DNA from: Squalus acanthias
Taxonomy: Eukaryota
NCBI GenBank assembly: GCA_030390025.1
Contig: CM059431.1
Location: forward strand, 103,790,001-103,854,000
Direction of reading: 5' to 3'
DNA length: 64,000 bases
In this document: positions 1-12,342 of the stretch, piece after piece
Layout of the letters: each line of letters begins with the position of its first letter
Numbering within the stretch: position 1 is the first letter of the stretch
The notes under the pieces: generated by a model
The model's input: the letters and a program-made list of their open reading frames with translations, nothing else
What the model was told of the DNA's origin: nothing
Databases searched by the model: none
Translations under genes and position numbers: made by a program

Positions 1-152
1 GCACAGGGGAGATGGGCGAACGGGACTTGGTGCGAGTTAGGACACGGGCAGCAGAGTTTTGGATCACCTCAAGTTTACATTGGGTGGAATGTGGGAGGCC
101 AGCCAGGAGTGTGTTGGAATAGTCAAGTCTAGAGGTAACAAAGGCATGGATG
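1..152 (-). mobile_element. L2-type LINE ORF2 3' fragment (runs off window edge)
   Basis: Nearly identical to L2 segments at 25830-25985, 34060-34220 and 46980-47130. Confidence 0.85.
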
Positions 153-436
153 ACACTAATAATAAGAATAACACTAATACAACATCCATAAATCCAGAGG
201 AGAACCTTTGTGTTTCAAATTCCAACAAGGTTGTACAAGTAATATTCACTGTCCATTTGGATATCATTCATAAATTCAAAGCTGGCAACCATTTTATATC
301 TGCTTCATCAGTTATTCCAGAGTATCGTGAGGTGAAGAATATTCTACAATGTGACAAGCTGAAAACTGTATTGTTTGCAAATAGTCACAATGGCACTGAT
401 ATTCTGAATCTGCATGTAAACGCCAAATAAATAGGT

Positions 437-886
437 GGAAAGAACGACTTGCATTCATATAGCGCCTTTCACAACATCCCCAAGTGCTTTACGGCCAATG
501 AAGTACTTTTGAAGCGTAGTCACTGTAGGAAACACGGCAGCCAATTTGCGCACAGCAAGCTCCCACAAACAGCAATGTGATAATGACCCAGATAATCCGT
601 TTTATAGTGATGTTCATTGAGGGGATAAATAGTGGCCCAGGAAACTGAGGAGAACTCCCCTGCTCTTCTTCAAAATAGTGGCCTTGGCATCATCTACATC
701 CACCTGACAGGGCAAACGAGGCGTCAGTTTAACATCTCATCCGAATGACAGTACCTCCGACAGTGCAGCGCTCCCCTCAGCACTGGGGGGTGCCGGCATA
801 GATTTTGTGCTCAAGTCTCTGGAGTGGGGCTGTGATCCCACAATCTCTCCACCTCAGAGGTGAGAGTGCTACCCCCCTGAGCCACA
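437..886 (-). mobile_element. tRNA-derived Deu-domain SINE (SacSINE1-like), near full length
   Basis: tRNA-like head (GTGGCTCAG...), Deu-type core and L2-like tail (AAGGCGCTATAT..ATGCAAG); ~16 copies in window. Confidence 0.85.
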
Positions 887-1535
887 ACATGGAGCGGTGC
901 TCAGAATGCTGCACATGCAAAAGGAGGCTTTCGACACAAAGCTCCTTGAGGCACAGTTGAGTAAAATGCAGCTCTTTTGAGATTACAATAATCTTACAAT
1001 ACAAAATGGAGCATCGGAATGATACAGGCATTTATAATTTAGGAAGCATTTTAACCTTTCATTCCTGCCACAGACAATATTGGAGCCATTATTTTCATCT
1101 GTTTAGTAGATTTTGTTATGTTTGAATTGTCGTGTTTGGAGCTGCAATTGCACTTAGTGTGATTTGCCTTCATTAGGTTCTGAGGAAAGATCACACGTTG
1201 CAATAATAAATGTGTCAGCTCAGTTTACATGCTAGAAAACGTTTGTGTTTAGTTTACAATGTTGTTTAACATTTTAAAACTTTAGAAAAAGCGACTAGCA
1301 TGAAAAAAACAGCCACTGCATCTGGTGAGGTAAGGATTGAAAGAATGTCAATGCTTTTTTAATGGGATAGTTACTCTTCCTTCTTCCATAAGAGATTTAT
1401 ATCAATGCAGTGCCTTGGGACGTTTTACTACGTTAAAGGCGCTATATAAATGCAAGTTGTTGATGTTTACTGGAGCTGCCTGTCGATTGTACTTGGCTAA
1501 TGTTCTCTTCACTACTACAGTAGACTATGCAAACA

Positions 1536-1805
1536 TGGGGCGGTTTTAACCCGACTCGCTCAGCAGAAACCTGGCGGGCGGGCAGTTAAAATCGCCCCGG
1601 CTCTTACCTGTCCGAAAGCCGCCAATGATCGCAGCATCTGCAATTTTAACCTGCTCTCCTGAGCAGGCAGCAAGGACACACGCCCGGAGCCAACAGGGTC
1701 CTTCTTTACATCTGCGCATTGAGGCCCGATGACATCATTGAGACCCGACTGTGATTTTAACTCAGGCCCGAGCGGGGGAATCCACCTAGAGTTAAAATCG
1801 GGGCC
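1536..1805. mobile_element. GC-rich MITE, Harbinger-type
   Basis: Imperfect TIRs TGGGGCGGTTTTAAC / GTTAAAATCGGGGCC with 3-bp direct flank (ACA, or CAT in the alternative register). Confidence 0.65.
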
Positions 1806-2958
1806 ACATCATTTTCTTTTTAACTCTACTGCTAATCATTAAGACACTCTTTAGCTAGATGTTCGAGTTAGAGTTTAACACAGAGAGAACGCATGTCCAT
1901 ATTCTCCATATTCATTTTTCATTGTAAAAACAAGTTAAGGTAATGCGTTTATAATAATTAAATTGCAACCTGTCATTTCTGTCAGCCAGCCAGCCAGCAC
2001 TGTGCCACGTAAATGACTCACTCCTATTGATCAGGTGACATATCAAGATAGATTCGACGGTTGAGACTTTAGTTGCACAGTGAGAACTTTAGCTTTTCAA
2101 TGGGGAGTCAGGGATTTTATTTGCTCCATCTTGCATCCATTGCCAGTTTTCGCTTTGGTATGAAAACATATTTCCCTACAGTTCAGCTTGGCAGACATGG
2201 CCTCATTTTTTAAATTTACTAATTGTTTAATGTTTAAATCATTCTGTGTATTGTTGGAACGACTTATCCCAACCAGATGAAATGCGGGAACAGATTCTGG
2301 CTTTGTGTCTGTCCAATGCCCGTCAGATTCCCATTCAAGTCCCTTGCACTTCATCAGCTAGGAAGTAAGGAAGAAGAGACAGAGGCAGTGTTTTACTCCA
2401 ACATATACAGCAGTGTTTCTTATAGTAAAATACTCAATATGAACCATACTGCAAATATCATCATAAAACCATTCTGCAAGATCATTGTACTTTTCGCGAT
2501 GGCTGTGACTACATTTCAACATGGCTTTTGATTACTTTTCCCATTTACACAGAGCCTCGCATATTTGTATTGATTGATGTGACAAGAAAACAATAATAAA
2601 TTGTATATTTATGCAGGAAAACTGCATGTAAGAGGACAATTGAAAGGAGTTGACAATAAAAAGTGACAGTTAAGCAGCAAGCTGGATTATTGCCAAGCTA
2701 CAGCAAGGTCTCTCTGGAACACCTTTAACTCTCAGTTTCTCTCGTTAATGGGAAACAAAACATCATATTTCTTTTCTAGATTTCTATTTTCTCTTGCTTA
2801 CTGTTTGCACCAACTAAAGTCAACGCAGGGCAGTTGAAAACTCTCCTACTTCAAGCTCCCAGGGTCAGCACCAGGCACTCCCACGTTAGGTATCTCAAAT
2901 CCAAATACAGAGTAAAGCTCCTCTAGTCTCCCTGAACAAGCGATCTGATAGGAACATA

Positions 2959-3126
2959 TGTGAGAAGTCGCACAACACCAGGTTATAGTCCAACAGCTTT
3001 ATTTGAAATCACAAGCTTTCGGAGCGGCTGCTCCTTCGTTTCAAATAAAGCTGTTGGACTATAACCTGGTGTTGTGCGACTTCTCACATTTGTCCACCCC
3101 AGTCCAACACCAGCATCTCCACATCA
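2959..3126 (+). mobile_element. Fold-back Penelope-derived mini-element
   Basis: Inverted arms of GAGAAGTCGCACAACACCAGGTTATAGTCCAACAG...; 3' tail on right arm; TSD TGATAGGAA(C/T)ATA 2946-2958 / 3127-3139. Confidence 0.85.
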
Positions 3127-3129
3127 TGA

Positions 3130-4390
3130 TAGGAATATAGGAACAGGAGTAGGCCATTCAGCCCCTTGAGCCTGTTCAATGGCTGATCTGTATCCTAACT
3201 CCATCCACCTGCCTTGGCTCCATATCTTTTTATATATCCTTGGCTCGCAAAAATTTGTCGATCTCAGCATTAAAATTATTAATTGAGCTAGCGTCTACTG
3301 CTTTTTCCGAGAGAGAGTTCCACACTTCTTCCACCCTTTGCGTGAAGAAGTGTTTCCTAACTTCTCTCCTGGCTCTGATTTTACAATTATGTCCAAGACT
3401 CTACCCCACCAGTGGAAAAAGTTTCTCTCTATCTACCCTGTCGATTCCTTTCAAAATCCTAAACGCCTCAATCAAATCACCCCTTAACCTTCTATATTCC
3501 AGGGAATACAAGCCCAGTTGATGTAATCTCTCCTCGCAATCTAACCCTTGGAGCCCTGGTAACATTCTGGTTGAATTTGCGCTGTACTCCCTCCAAGGCC
3601 AATATATCCTTTCTAAGGTGCGGTGCCCAGAGCTGTACACAGTACTCCAGGTGTGGTCTAACCAGGACTTTGTATAGAAACATAGAAGATAGGAGCAGGA
3701 GCAGGCCATTCAGCCCCTCGAGCCTGCTCCGCCATTCAATGAGATCATGGCTGATCATCCAAATTCAGTACCCTGTCCCTGCCTTCTCTCCATATCCCTT
3801 GATCCCTTTAGCTTTAAGAAATATATCCATCTCCTTCTTGAATATATTTAATGAATTGGCCTCTACTGCCTTCTGTGGTAGAGAATTCCACAGGTTCACC
3901 ACTCTCTGGGTGAAGAAATTCCTCCTCATTTCTGTCCTAAATGGCTTACCCCTTATCCTTAGACTGTGACCCCTGGTTCTGGACTCTCCGACCATCGGGA
4001 ACATCCTTCCCGCATCTGGTCTGTCTGGTCCTGTTAGAATTTTATAAGTTTCAATGAGATCACCTCTCATTCTTCTAAACTCCAGCGAGTATAAGCCCAA
4101 TCGACCCAATCTCTCTTCATACGTCATTCCTGCCACCCCAGGTATCAGTCTGGTGAATCTTCGCTGCACTCTCTCCATGGCAAGAACATCCTTCCTCAGA
4201 TAAGGCGACCAAAACTGCACACAATACTCAAGGTGTGGTCTCACCAAGGCCTTGTACAACTGCTGCAGCAAAACTTCCTCCCGTTTATAGGCTAGCCCTC
4301 CAGTTATAAAGGCTAACATTTTTGATTAATTTTTGCACCTGGCTCCTAGATTTTAGTGATCTGTGTACATGGACCCCTAAATCTCTTGGG
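3130..4390 (-). mobile_element. Two nested CR1 LINE 3' fragments (younger copy ~3675-4263)
   Basis: CR1 ORF2 C-terminus ([15 protein letters not shown]...FFTQRVVNLWNSLP) occurs twice; CR1 3' tails at ~3130 and ~3675. Confidence 0.9.
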
Positions 4391-4420
4391 AATTGAATTC
4401 ATTACTGGAAACAATTCAAT

Positions 4421-4525
4421 GGGGTATAAATGTGTCTTAAACAGTTGAGCAAAACAGGTGACATCGAATCGCCAGCCTGTTTGGCGCTCGCCCGTTTTGC
4501 GCTACCGTGCTAGAATTTATACTCC
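4421..4525. mobile_element. 105-bp MITE, Harbinger-type
   Basis: TIRs GGGGTATAAAT / ATTTATACTCC, 3-bp TSD AAT. Confidence 0.6.
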
Positions 4526-4568
4526 AATGACTACACCAGGAATGGCAAGATATGGACCTGAACTGTCA

Positions 4569-4600
4569 AGTCAGCCAGTGGCTCAGTGGGCAGCACTCTC
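4569..4600 (+). mobile_element. 5' head of a DeuSINE split by the Tx1-like LINE
   Basis: GTCAGCCAGTGGCTCAGTGGGCAGCACTCTC matches the SINE head; the SINE resumes at 9502. Confidence 0.85.
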
Positions 4601-4861
4601 TAGGTGGAAGGGGCTAGGAGTGAGCAGGTGCAGCTGGATGCTTGATTATTGCAGGGAGTTGGAGTGAGTTTGTAAAAAGTTGGTGGTGTTTTTTTTGGGT
4701 TTTTCTTTCCGGTTTTAGGGCCTTTTTGGTCCTTAAACAGCAGCCAGATAGCAGGAGAAAGCAACAGCTGCCTGAAAAGTTGGGAAGGAGCATGAGAGGA
4801 GGGACGGGCCGGAGATTAAATGATGGGGGAATTATCAGGCACACTTCCCTTATTCGGAGCC

Positions 4862-7800
4862 ATGATTACATTGGTCTCGATTAATGTGAATGGACTGAGG
4901 GGTAAGAAGAAATTGCAGCAGTTGTTGCAGTGTTTTAAAGGCACTGACCTGTTGTGTTTGCAAGAAACCTTTTGGGATGAGGATATCCTAGAAAGAGTTC
5001 GGAAGGTTTGGAAGGGAGAGGTGTTTGAAAGTTGCGCAAACAATAATCGTAGAGGGGTGGCTGTTTTGGTAAGTCCATCCATAAAAGAGAACGTTGTCTT
5101 GGTGGACAAGAACATTGAGGAGAGATATTTACAGCTAAAGGTAAAAAGGAAGGAATCTAATTGTGATCTTTTTAATATCTATGGTTTTTCACTGAAGTGC
5201 CAGAGGCAGAAAACCCTTGTATAGTGGGGGATTTTAATGTATTTTTATCTCGGATGGACATTTTAGCCCAGATGACCTTTAAGGATGATAACTCCAGAGG
5301 GATGATTGTAAAAATGATGGCAAATTTAAATTTGAGAGACTTATGGAGGGAGTTCTCCAGAAGAGTGGGTGGGTGATGTTTTAAAACAGAGCCGAATAGA
5401 TATTGGCCCAGAATTTCCGATCGGAGGCTTCCTGCGGGCGGATGCCTCCAATTGGGAAAAAATCTATGCAGTTACCTGCTGGCTCCGTAGGTCCCGAGAT
5501 TTCCGATCCTGGGCCTCTCCTGGTGTGCGTGCGCAGAGGCCCAGGTATCCCAGGGGCGCAGGCGGTTCGCGATCATCCCTGGGATCACGTGGGCCATGGG
5601 GAACCAATCAAAGAAGGGAATCCCCCTTCATACTTTTGACAGGTCTCTACGCACAGATCTGTCAAAAGTATGAATGGGGATCACTTAAAAAACACAGTTA
5701 AACATTAAATAATTTTTTTTTAAATCACGTATTTAAAATGAGTTAAAATTACATTAAATTAAATATTTTAAACAAAAATTAAATTTTTTGAAAAAAAAAT
5801 GAACGTTTTTTACGGGGCTAAAAATGAACTTACCTTTTTTAAAAGTATTTTTAAATTATAAATGAGTGGGGAAAAAAAATATTTTTTAATTTTTTTAAAC
5901 TCTTATGCTGGTAAAAGCAGACCTTACGTAGGCTTTTACCGGGCATAAGATTTTTAAAGGTTTTCAGTGGGCGGAGGTTGTGAAGAAAGCGGAACTCTCC
6001 GCCCGCGGAGGCCCATCTCCCGGGCAGGCGGAGGATCTGTCAAGAGGATTCTTCACAGATCGCAAGTGCCGGGTTTTAGTGCAGGCACTTCGCATGCCTG
6101 AAACCCGGAACTTGCAAGGCCCCTACGGGTGCGTACACACCTCGTACGCACCCGTGGGGGTCGGAATACCCGGCCCCTTGTGTTAATGCAGGAAGGGTTA
6201 AGTTCTGAGGTGATGGAGATTTATTGCAAAGAAGTATTTTTTAGTGACCACTCTGCTTTAGTTCTTAGAATTAGGAACAGCAGAGTTAAGATCGGACCAG
6301 GGGTGTGGATTTTAACCAATCAATACCTGAAAGAAATTGCTTATAAAGAATGGATTTTAAATATAATAAAGAATGCTCGGAAGGAACCTTTATTCTTGAA
6401 AGAAAGAAGAGTTTGATGGGACAATTTCAAACATGAGGTAAAAGTTTTTTCGGAACGTTATGGGAAAGAGAGAGCAGCAGCTAACCAGCGTCGAGAAGGG
6501 AATATAAACAGAAGGTTTAGGGATATCTGTAAAGCAGTTGACGGAGGGGATAAGGGAGCAGAGACCCAGTGGGTGGTTTTAAAGGAAGAGTGGGAATCAT
6601 TGCAAGCTGAAAAATGCAAAGGGGCCATTCTCCCGGCAAAGGCTAAAGATGCATTGGAGGGGGAAAGATGCACCAGATACTTTCTAGAGCAAGAGAAGCT
6701 GCGACAGAGATTATCATTCATTGGAGAGTTGAAGGTTGGGGAGAAGATCTTTAATGAAAGTGGGGAGATTTTGGAGGCGGCTAGTAGCTTTTATCAAGAG
6801 TTAGAAACAAAAGAAGACATTTCCAATTTGGCGATGGAGAAGGTTAGTGCATTTATTGAAGAGGGTTTAAAGGCGGATGAGAAAAGCATGTGTGACAAAG
6901 AAGTAGGATTAGCGGAAATAAAATTAGCAATAAGTGGAATGAAGGGGGAGAAAGCCCAGGTCCGATGGACTAAGTGCAGAGTTTAATACAGAATTTTTAG
7001 AGATTTTATGTCCATTGCTCTTAGAGGTTTTTAAGGAGATTAAAATTGAGGGAAGCCTGGCCCATCTATGAGGAGAGGTGTCATAAGCTTAGCTTATAAA
7101 AATAAAGGGGATAGAAGGAATCTAAAGAATTGGAGGCCCATCACATTATTAAATGTGGATTATAAGATCTTGGCGAGGGTTATGGCAAATCGTATGAAGG
7201 AGGTGATGCCACAGATAGTTTTGCTCTCTCAGTCCGATGGAGTCATGGACCGGGACATCACGGACTCTGTGGTCTCAATCCGAGATGCGATAGAGTTCAT
7301 GGAAGAGAGTGGGAGGGAGGCTTATGTGTTAAAGATTGATCAAGAGAAAGCCTTTGATAGGGTCTCATGAGTTTTTATTGATGGTTTTGGAAGCATTTGG
7401 TTTCGGGAAAAATTTAATTGAGTGGATAAGGATTTTTTATTCAAACATATTTAACTGTGTTAAATGTAATGGTTTTTTATCCAAGTATTTTCAGATATAG
7501 AGGTCAGTGAGACAGGGTTGTCCCCTGTCCCCATTGTTGTACACATTGGTAGCAGAACCATTAGGTTACATGAATCGAAAGGAACAAAGCGTAGTCGGGA
7601 TTGCGGTTCCCAGTTCCGGGCTGGTGTCGGTGATACACCAATATGCAGATGACACAACCTTAATGTTGAGAGATGGGGAGTCAGTGAGGAAAGCTATGGA
7701 TGTAGTGGAGGAGTATTGTAGAGCTTCAGGAGCCAGAGTGAATTATAGTAAGTCCCAATGCCTAGTTGCGGGAAGGGGTAGGGGGGAATGGTTGGAGGAA

Positions 7801-9439
7801 AGTCCCTTTAAGGTGGAGGAGGTTTTGGAAGTTCTGGGGGAGCATATGGGGTGCAAGAAAGACAGGGATGAAGTGGATCGATTAAATTGGGAACCGAAGG
7901 TTATGAAAATTAAAAAGATTTTGGGAAGATGGGAAAGAAGGTGGTTGAAAGTGCAAGGAAGCTCTTCTGCTATCTAAACTATGGTACTTATTGACGATGG
8001 AGGATATTCCTGAGTGGGCGGAAAAGTCCATCCTTGAGGCTTGTGTGAGGTTTTTATGGGAAGGGAAACCAGCCTTGGTGGCTTACAATACCATCATTGG
8101 ACGGAGAAATCAGGGAGGTCTTAATTTCCCAGATATTGATTTGAAGAAAAAATCCTTTAGAATCAAATGGGTGAAGAGATTTCTTCAGAAGTCAAATACA
8201 AGTTTTTGGAAGAGTTGTTTCGAGCATTTTTTGAGATGAAGTGGGATAGGAAGGCAGGGGATATTGTATATGGAATACAATAATATGTTTTTGAAATCGA
8301 TTAAACCTCTCCTTAGGCTTTATAAGGGGGTTGTAGAGACTTGGGCCCAATTTTTAAAAGTGTGCAGTGTATGCCCAAGGTTCTTGAGGAATTTTGAGAA
8401 CAGCCCTTATTTTTGAACAAATGGGTCAACATTGAAGGATAGGTATTATTTAATCAAGCTTTTATAAAAGCTGGTATTATATATGTGAAAGATGTATTAT
8501 ATGAGGTAATTCCAGGTTGGTTGCCGGAAGCGGTAGTGAGGGACATGGTGTGGGAGGAGGATCAGGAGGTAGAGGAAAAAGCAATAGGGATCATGTATGA
8601 GAAGATTGTGAGGGCAATGCCACAGGATTGGATGGAAGAAATAAATGCGGAAATCTCCAAAGGAAGTAAAATGCGTCCCGCTTTTCCAAGCTTTCTGCTG
8701 GAGAAAGGGGAGGAGTTGGTCCAATTTGACAACTGTAATACTCGAGATTTCTATGGGGTATTTAGAGAATGGAGATTCAAGACACCTGCTGGTCAGGAGT
8801 TTTGACAGTATCTACCCACAGCTAGACTTCAACAGGATTTGGAAGGGAGTGTGGGCGAATTTTAAATGTCCAGAGTGTATTGAACTGGATTTCAAATTAG
8901 CTCATAACCGGATTTTTACCGTGACGGTCTTGTGTAAGATTGGACGAGTGGAGGGGGCAATTTGCCCAGTGTGTGGGACACGGGATGAGACGCTGTCCCA
9001 TTTACTGGTGTTATGTCCGCAGGTAAAGGATTTTAAGTACTATGTTCGACAGTTGTGTGAGGTTTTTTTGCTGGGTGGGGACCGAAGAGCGAGAATGGGA
9101 ATCCCGTGGGACTCAATTTTGAGATGGGGATTGCAGGAGAGTCTGCCCAAGTCTAGCGGAGTGGCAATTAATTTAATGTTCAGTTTTGCTAGATTCGTGA
9201 TTGTGCAAAGAAGAAATGCTCTGTTTTTAAAGGGGAGGAGAATAAATCTAAATGAGTATTTTAAATATAAGCTAAAAGATCATTATAAGGCTCTGTGGAT
9301 GTTTTATTCAGAAAGGAGTTTAAAGATAGTATTTTATGATCAATTTTTAAAGTACAATAGATTAATATATGTTACGGGAGACAAATTAAACTTCAGGTGG
9401 AGGAATGGCTGTGCAGAGCAGCAGAATGGATTTGTATGA
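4862..9439 (+). pseudogene. Tx1-like ORF2 (APE endonuclease - reverse transcriptase - Cys/His domain), disrupted
   Basis: SINVNGLR, LCLQET, SRIDI, SDHSAL, NWRPITLLNVDYKILA, DQEKAFDRV, RQGCPLSPLLY, QYADD, CPVC..ETLSHLLVLC; several stops/frameshifts and a MITE insertion. Confidence 0.92.
5405..6176 (-). mobile_element. ~770-bp MITE with AT-rich core, nested in Tx1 ORF2
   Basis: Imperfect TIRs GGCCCAGAATTTCCGA / TCGGAATACCCGGCCC; removing it plus 3 bp restores SRIDI-VLMQEG; related to the 23459 family in opposite orientation. Confidence 0.85.
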
Positions 9440-9501
9440 TACAATGGAATGATCACGATGTTGTAAATGTTTTTAATGTTCAATAAATAATATATTTAAA
9501 A

Positions 9502-9949
9502 AGTGGGTAGCACCCTCACCTTTGAGTCAGAAGGTTGTGGGTTCAAGCCCCACTCCAGAGACTTGAGCACAAAATCTAAGCTGAAACTCCCATTGTAGTA
9601 GCGAGGGAGTGCTGCACTGTCGGAGGTGCCGTCTTTCATATGAGATGTTAATCCGAGGCCCGTCTGCCCTCTGAAGTGAACGCAAAAGATCCCATGGCAC
9701 TATTTTGCAGAAGAGCAGGGGGAGTTATCCCCGGTGTCCTGGCCAATATTTATACCTCAACCAACATCACTAAAACAGATTATCTGGTCATTTATCACAT
9801 TTCTGTTTGTGGGAGCTTGCTGTGCGCAAATTGGCTGCTGCGTTTCCTACATTACAACAGTGACTACACTCCAAAAAGTACTTAATTAGCTGTAAAGCGC
9901 TTTGGGATGTCCTGAGGTGAAAGGCGCTATATAAATGCAAGTCTTTTTT
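9502..9949 (+). mobile_element. DeuSINE (SacSINE1-like), remainder after Tx1 insertion
   Basis: B-box-like GGTTCAAGCCC, Deu core, L2-like tail. Confidence 0.9.
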
Positions 9950-10216
9950 ACGCCAAGCATCAATTTCATGAACTTTTCCCTTTCTCCAGCTGTCCTTAGT
10001 CCATAATAAGATTGCACTGTACACTTCCCAGCCCTCCCTTGTCCCTTACGGCCTCCTACAGTAGGAACTTGTACTGTACAACCCTCCGCCAACTCCTTCC
10101 TTGTAAAGCTCCTGTTTCAATCTTCCCTGAACCTATGGATACCACCGTGATATATGTGGTTTCAGTATACGTTATGAGTCAATGGCAACTACTCAATAAA
10201 TGCCACGATTCTTTTA

Positions 10217-10427
10217 TGAGAAGTCGCACAACACCAGGTTATAGTCCAACAGTTTTATTTGAAATCACAAGCTTTTGGAGCGCTGCTCCTTCGTCACCTT
10301 CACTTCACCTGACGAAGGAGCAGCGCTCCGAAAGCTTGTGATTTCAAATAAAACTGTTGGACTATAACCTGGTGTTGTGCGACTTCTCACATTTGTCCAC
10401 CCCAGTCCAACACCGGCATCTCCACAT
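10217..10427 (+). mobile_element. Fold-back Penelope-derived mini-element
   Basis: ~80-bp inverted arms plus 3' tail; perfect 13-bp TSD CACGATTCTTTTA 10204-10216 / 10428-10440. Confidence 0.9.
10305..10341 (+). ncRNA. Minimal type I hammerhead ribozyme motif
   Basis: TCAC-CTGACGA-A-GGAGC(AGC)GCTCC-GAAA-GCT-T-GTGA: CUGANGA/GAAA core, helix II, palindromic AGCT helix III, helix I TCAC/GTGA. Confidence 0.75.
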
Positions 10428-10764
10428 CACGATTCTTTTAGGATAAGAAGGCAGTGTAACAAGAGGGAATGGCTGAATGCAAGAGGCCGACTGTCTAAGT
10501 TGCACTTTTGAGCACAGGGCTCCCCATATACAGGGATGGGACTTGGAATGGGAAGGAGGAGACATGACTCCCAGCTCAAGCTTCTGCAACACTTATCCTT
10601 CCTTTACTCTGCATCCTATCCAGTCACGTACTCCGTGATGCCAGAGCTTGCACTGAACATCGGGTTCATGTTAGTGCTGTGGCGAAGGCTGCATGACACC
10701 AAGTTGTAATGGGGATCTCCAGGACCCAGCTTTTAAAAGAAGGATGCCTTCTAAGTATCATAGA

Positions 10765-11112
10765 ATCATATAGACTCATACAGCATGGAAGGAGGCGATT
10801 CGGACCATCGTGCCTGTGCCGGCTCTTTGAAAGAGCTCTCCAATTAGTCCCACTCCCCCCTGCGCTTTTCCCAATAACTGCAACTATTTCCTTTTCAAGT
10901 ATTTATCCAGTTCCCTTTTGAAAGATACGATTGAATTTGCTTCCACCGCCCTTTAAGGCAGCGCATTCCAGATCACAACAACTCGCTGCGAAAAACAAAA
11001 TTCTCCTCATCTCCCCCTCTGGTTCTTTTACCAATTACTTTAAATCTGTGTCCTCTGATTACTGACCCTCCTGCCAGTGGAAATGGTTTCTCCTTATTTA
11101 CTCTGTCAAAGC
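10765..11112 (-). mobile_element. CR1 LINE 3' fragment
   Basis: ATCATAGA tail repeats and CR1 ORF2 C-terminal similarity. Confidence 0.8.
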
Positions 11113-11384
11113 CCCACATACGAGTATGACAGACTGTTGGGGGTCATCGGGGAATGGGCCTAGCAGTTTTTTATCACACGGTTACTTCCACAACCTGCAC
11201 ATCTGGCCTTTTGCTGCATGGGACAGAAACTCTGCCATCTACCTTGGAACCTGTGGCAAGTCTCGGAATATCTGCAGCACAGCCCAATGCAAAGACCCCC
11301 AATGCCAGCATTTACATTGCTCATGGGTGTTCAGACTGCTGCTGTACAGGCTTTTTGGGCTGCAATTTTTGGGCACGTTAGCTC

Positions 11385-11850
11385 TTTTTTTTTTCGTTTA
11401 TGTGATGTGGGCGTCACTGTCAAGGCCAGCATTTATTGCCCGTCCCTAGTTGCCCTTGAGAAGGTGGTGGTGGGCCGCCTTCTTGAACCGCTGCAGTCCG
11501 TGTGGTGATGGTACTCCCACAGTGCTGTTAGGGAGGGAGTTCCAGGATTTTGACCCAGCGACGATGAAGGAACGGCGATATATTACTAAGTCAGGATGGT
11601 GTGTGACTTGGAGGGGAACTTGGAGGTGGTGGTGTTTCCATGCGTCTGCTGCCCTTGTCCTTCTAAGTGGAAGAGGTCGCGGGTTTGGGAGGTGCTGCCG
11701 AAGAAGCCTTAGCGAGTTGCTGCAGTGCATCTTGTAGATGGTACACACTGCAGCCACGCTACGCCAGTGGTGGAGGGAGTGAATGTTTAAGGTGGTAGAT
11801 GGGGTGCCAATCAAGCGGGCTGCTTTGTCCTGTATGGTGTCGAGCTTCAT
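11385..11850 (-). mobile_element. 3' fragment of the CR1-group LINE seen at 58085-61312
   Basis: LDTIQDKAARLIG...FKKAAHHHLLKGN and the same 3' UTR/A tail. Confidence 0.88.
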
Positions 11851-12139
11851 TGAAAGACGGGACACTTCAGCAACATCTTTGATGCAGTTTGGATCTGGTG
11901 ATCTCTGACCTTGTGGACCTATGTTGGTGCCCGCTTCCCCCAATGCCTCAAGTTTAAAATCCTCGGCCCTGCATTTAAATTCCTTCATGACCTCGGCCCT
12001 CCCTATCTCTGTAACCTCTTCCAACCGCTCGTCAAACAACTAATTCAGTGTTTGGTTCACTGCCACCTCTCTTCTAGGAATGCCCACCTTGAAGAAGTTC
12101 TGCTCTTCTCTTCGACGGGATCTCCGTTTGGCTCTTCAA

Positions 12140-12342
12140 CCTTGTTCATCTTCATTGCTTTCAGTTTCCCTTCTCGTGTTTGCTATTCCTCCCCCCAGCC
12201 TCCCCCTTGCTTTTTTATCTGTTTCATTTCCTGCTTTTTTCTCAGTTCTGACGAAAGGTCTTCGACCTGAAACGTTAACTCTGTTTCTCTCTCCACGGAT
12301 GTTGCCTGGCCTGCTGAGTTTTTCCAGCGTTTTCTGTTGTTG
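12140..12342 (+). mobile_element. Penelope-like element 3' end (second family)
   Basis: Pyrimidine-rich tract, hammerhead motif and tail shared with 49230-49395. Confidence 0.7.
12244..12280 (+). ncRNA. Minimal hammerhead ribozyme motif (second family)
   Basis: AGTT-CTGACGA-A-AGGTC(TTC)GACCT-GAAAC-GT-T-AACT; palindromic ACGT helix III, helix I AGTT/AACT. Confidence 0.75.

Larger units (their letters stand above)
4601..9501 (+). mobile_element. Tx1/L1-group non-LTR retrotransposon, decayed, no recognisable ORF1
   Basis: APE, RT and C-terminal cysteine motifs; AATAAA at 9482 plus short A tail; 16-bp TSD 4585-4600 / 9502-9517 (14/16 identical). Confidence 0.9.

Noticed and set aside
2959..3126. 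miRNA precursor or DNA-transposon MITE
   Set aside because: Asymmetric tail, variable 12-14 bp TSDs, single-arm copies and hammerhead motif point to Penelope-type retrotransposition
11126..11508. Three overlapping short ORFs
   Set aside because: No recognisable protein, two run into a LINE tail, no clear splice sites
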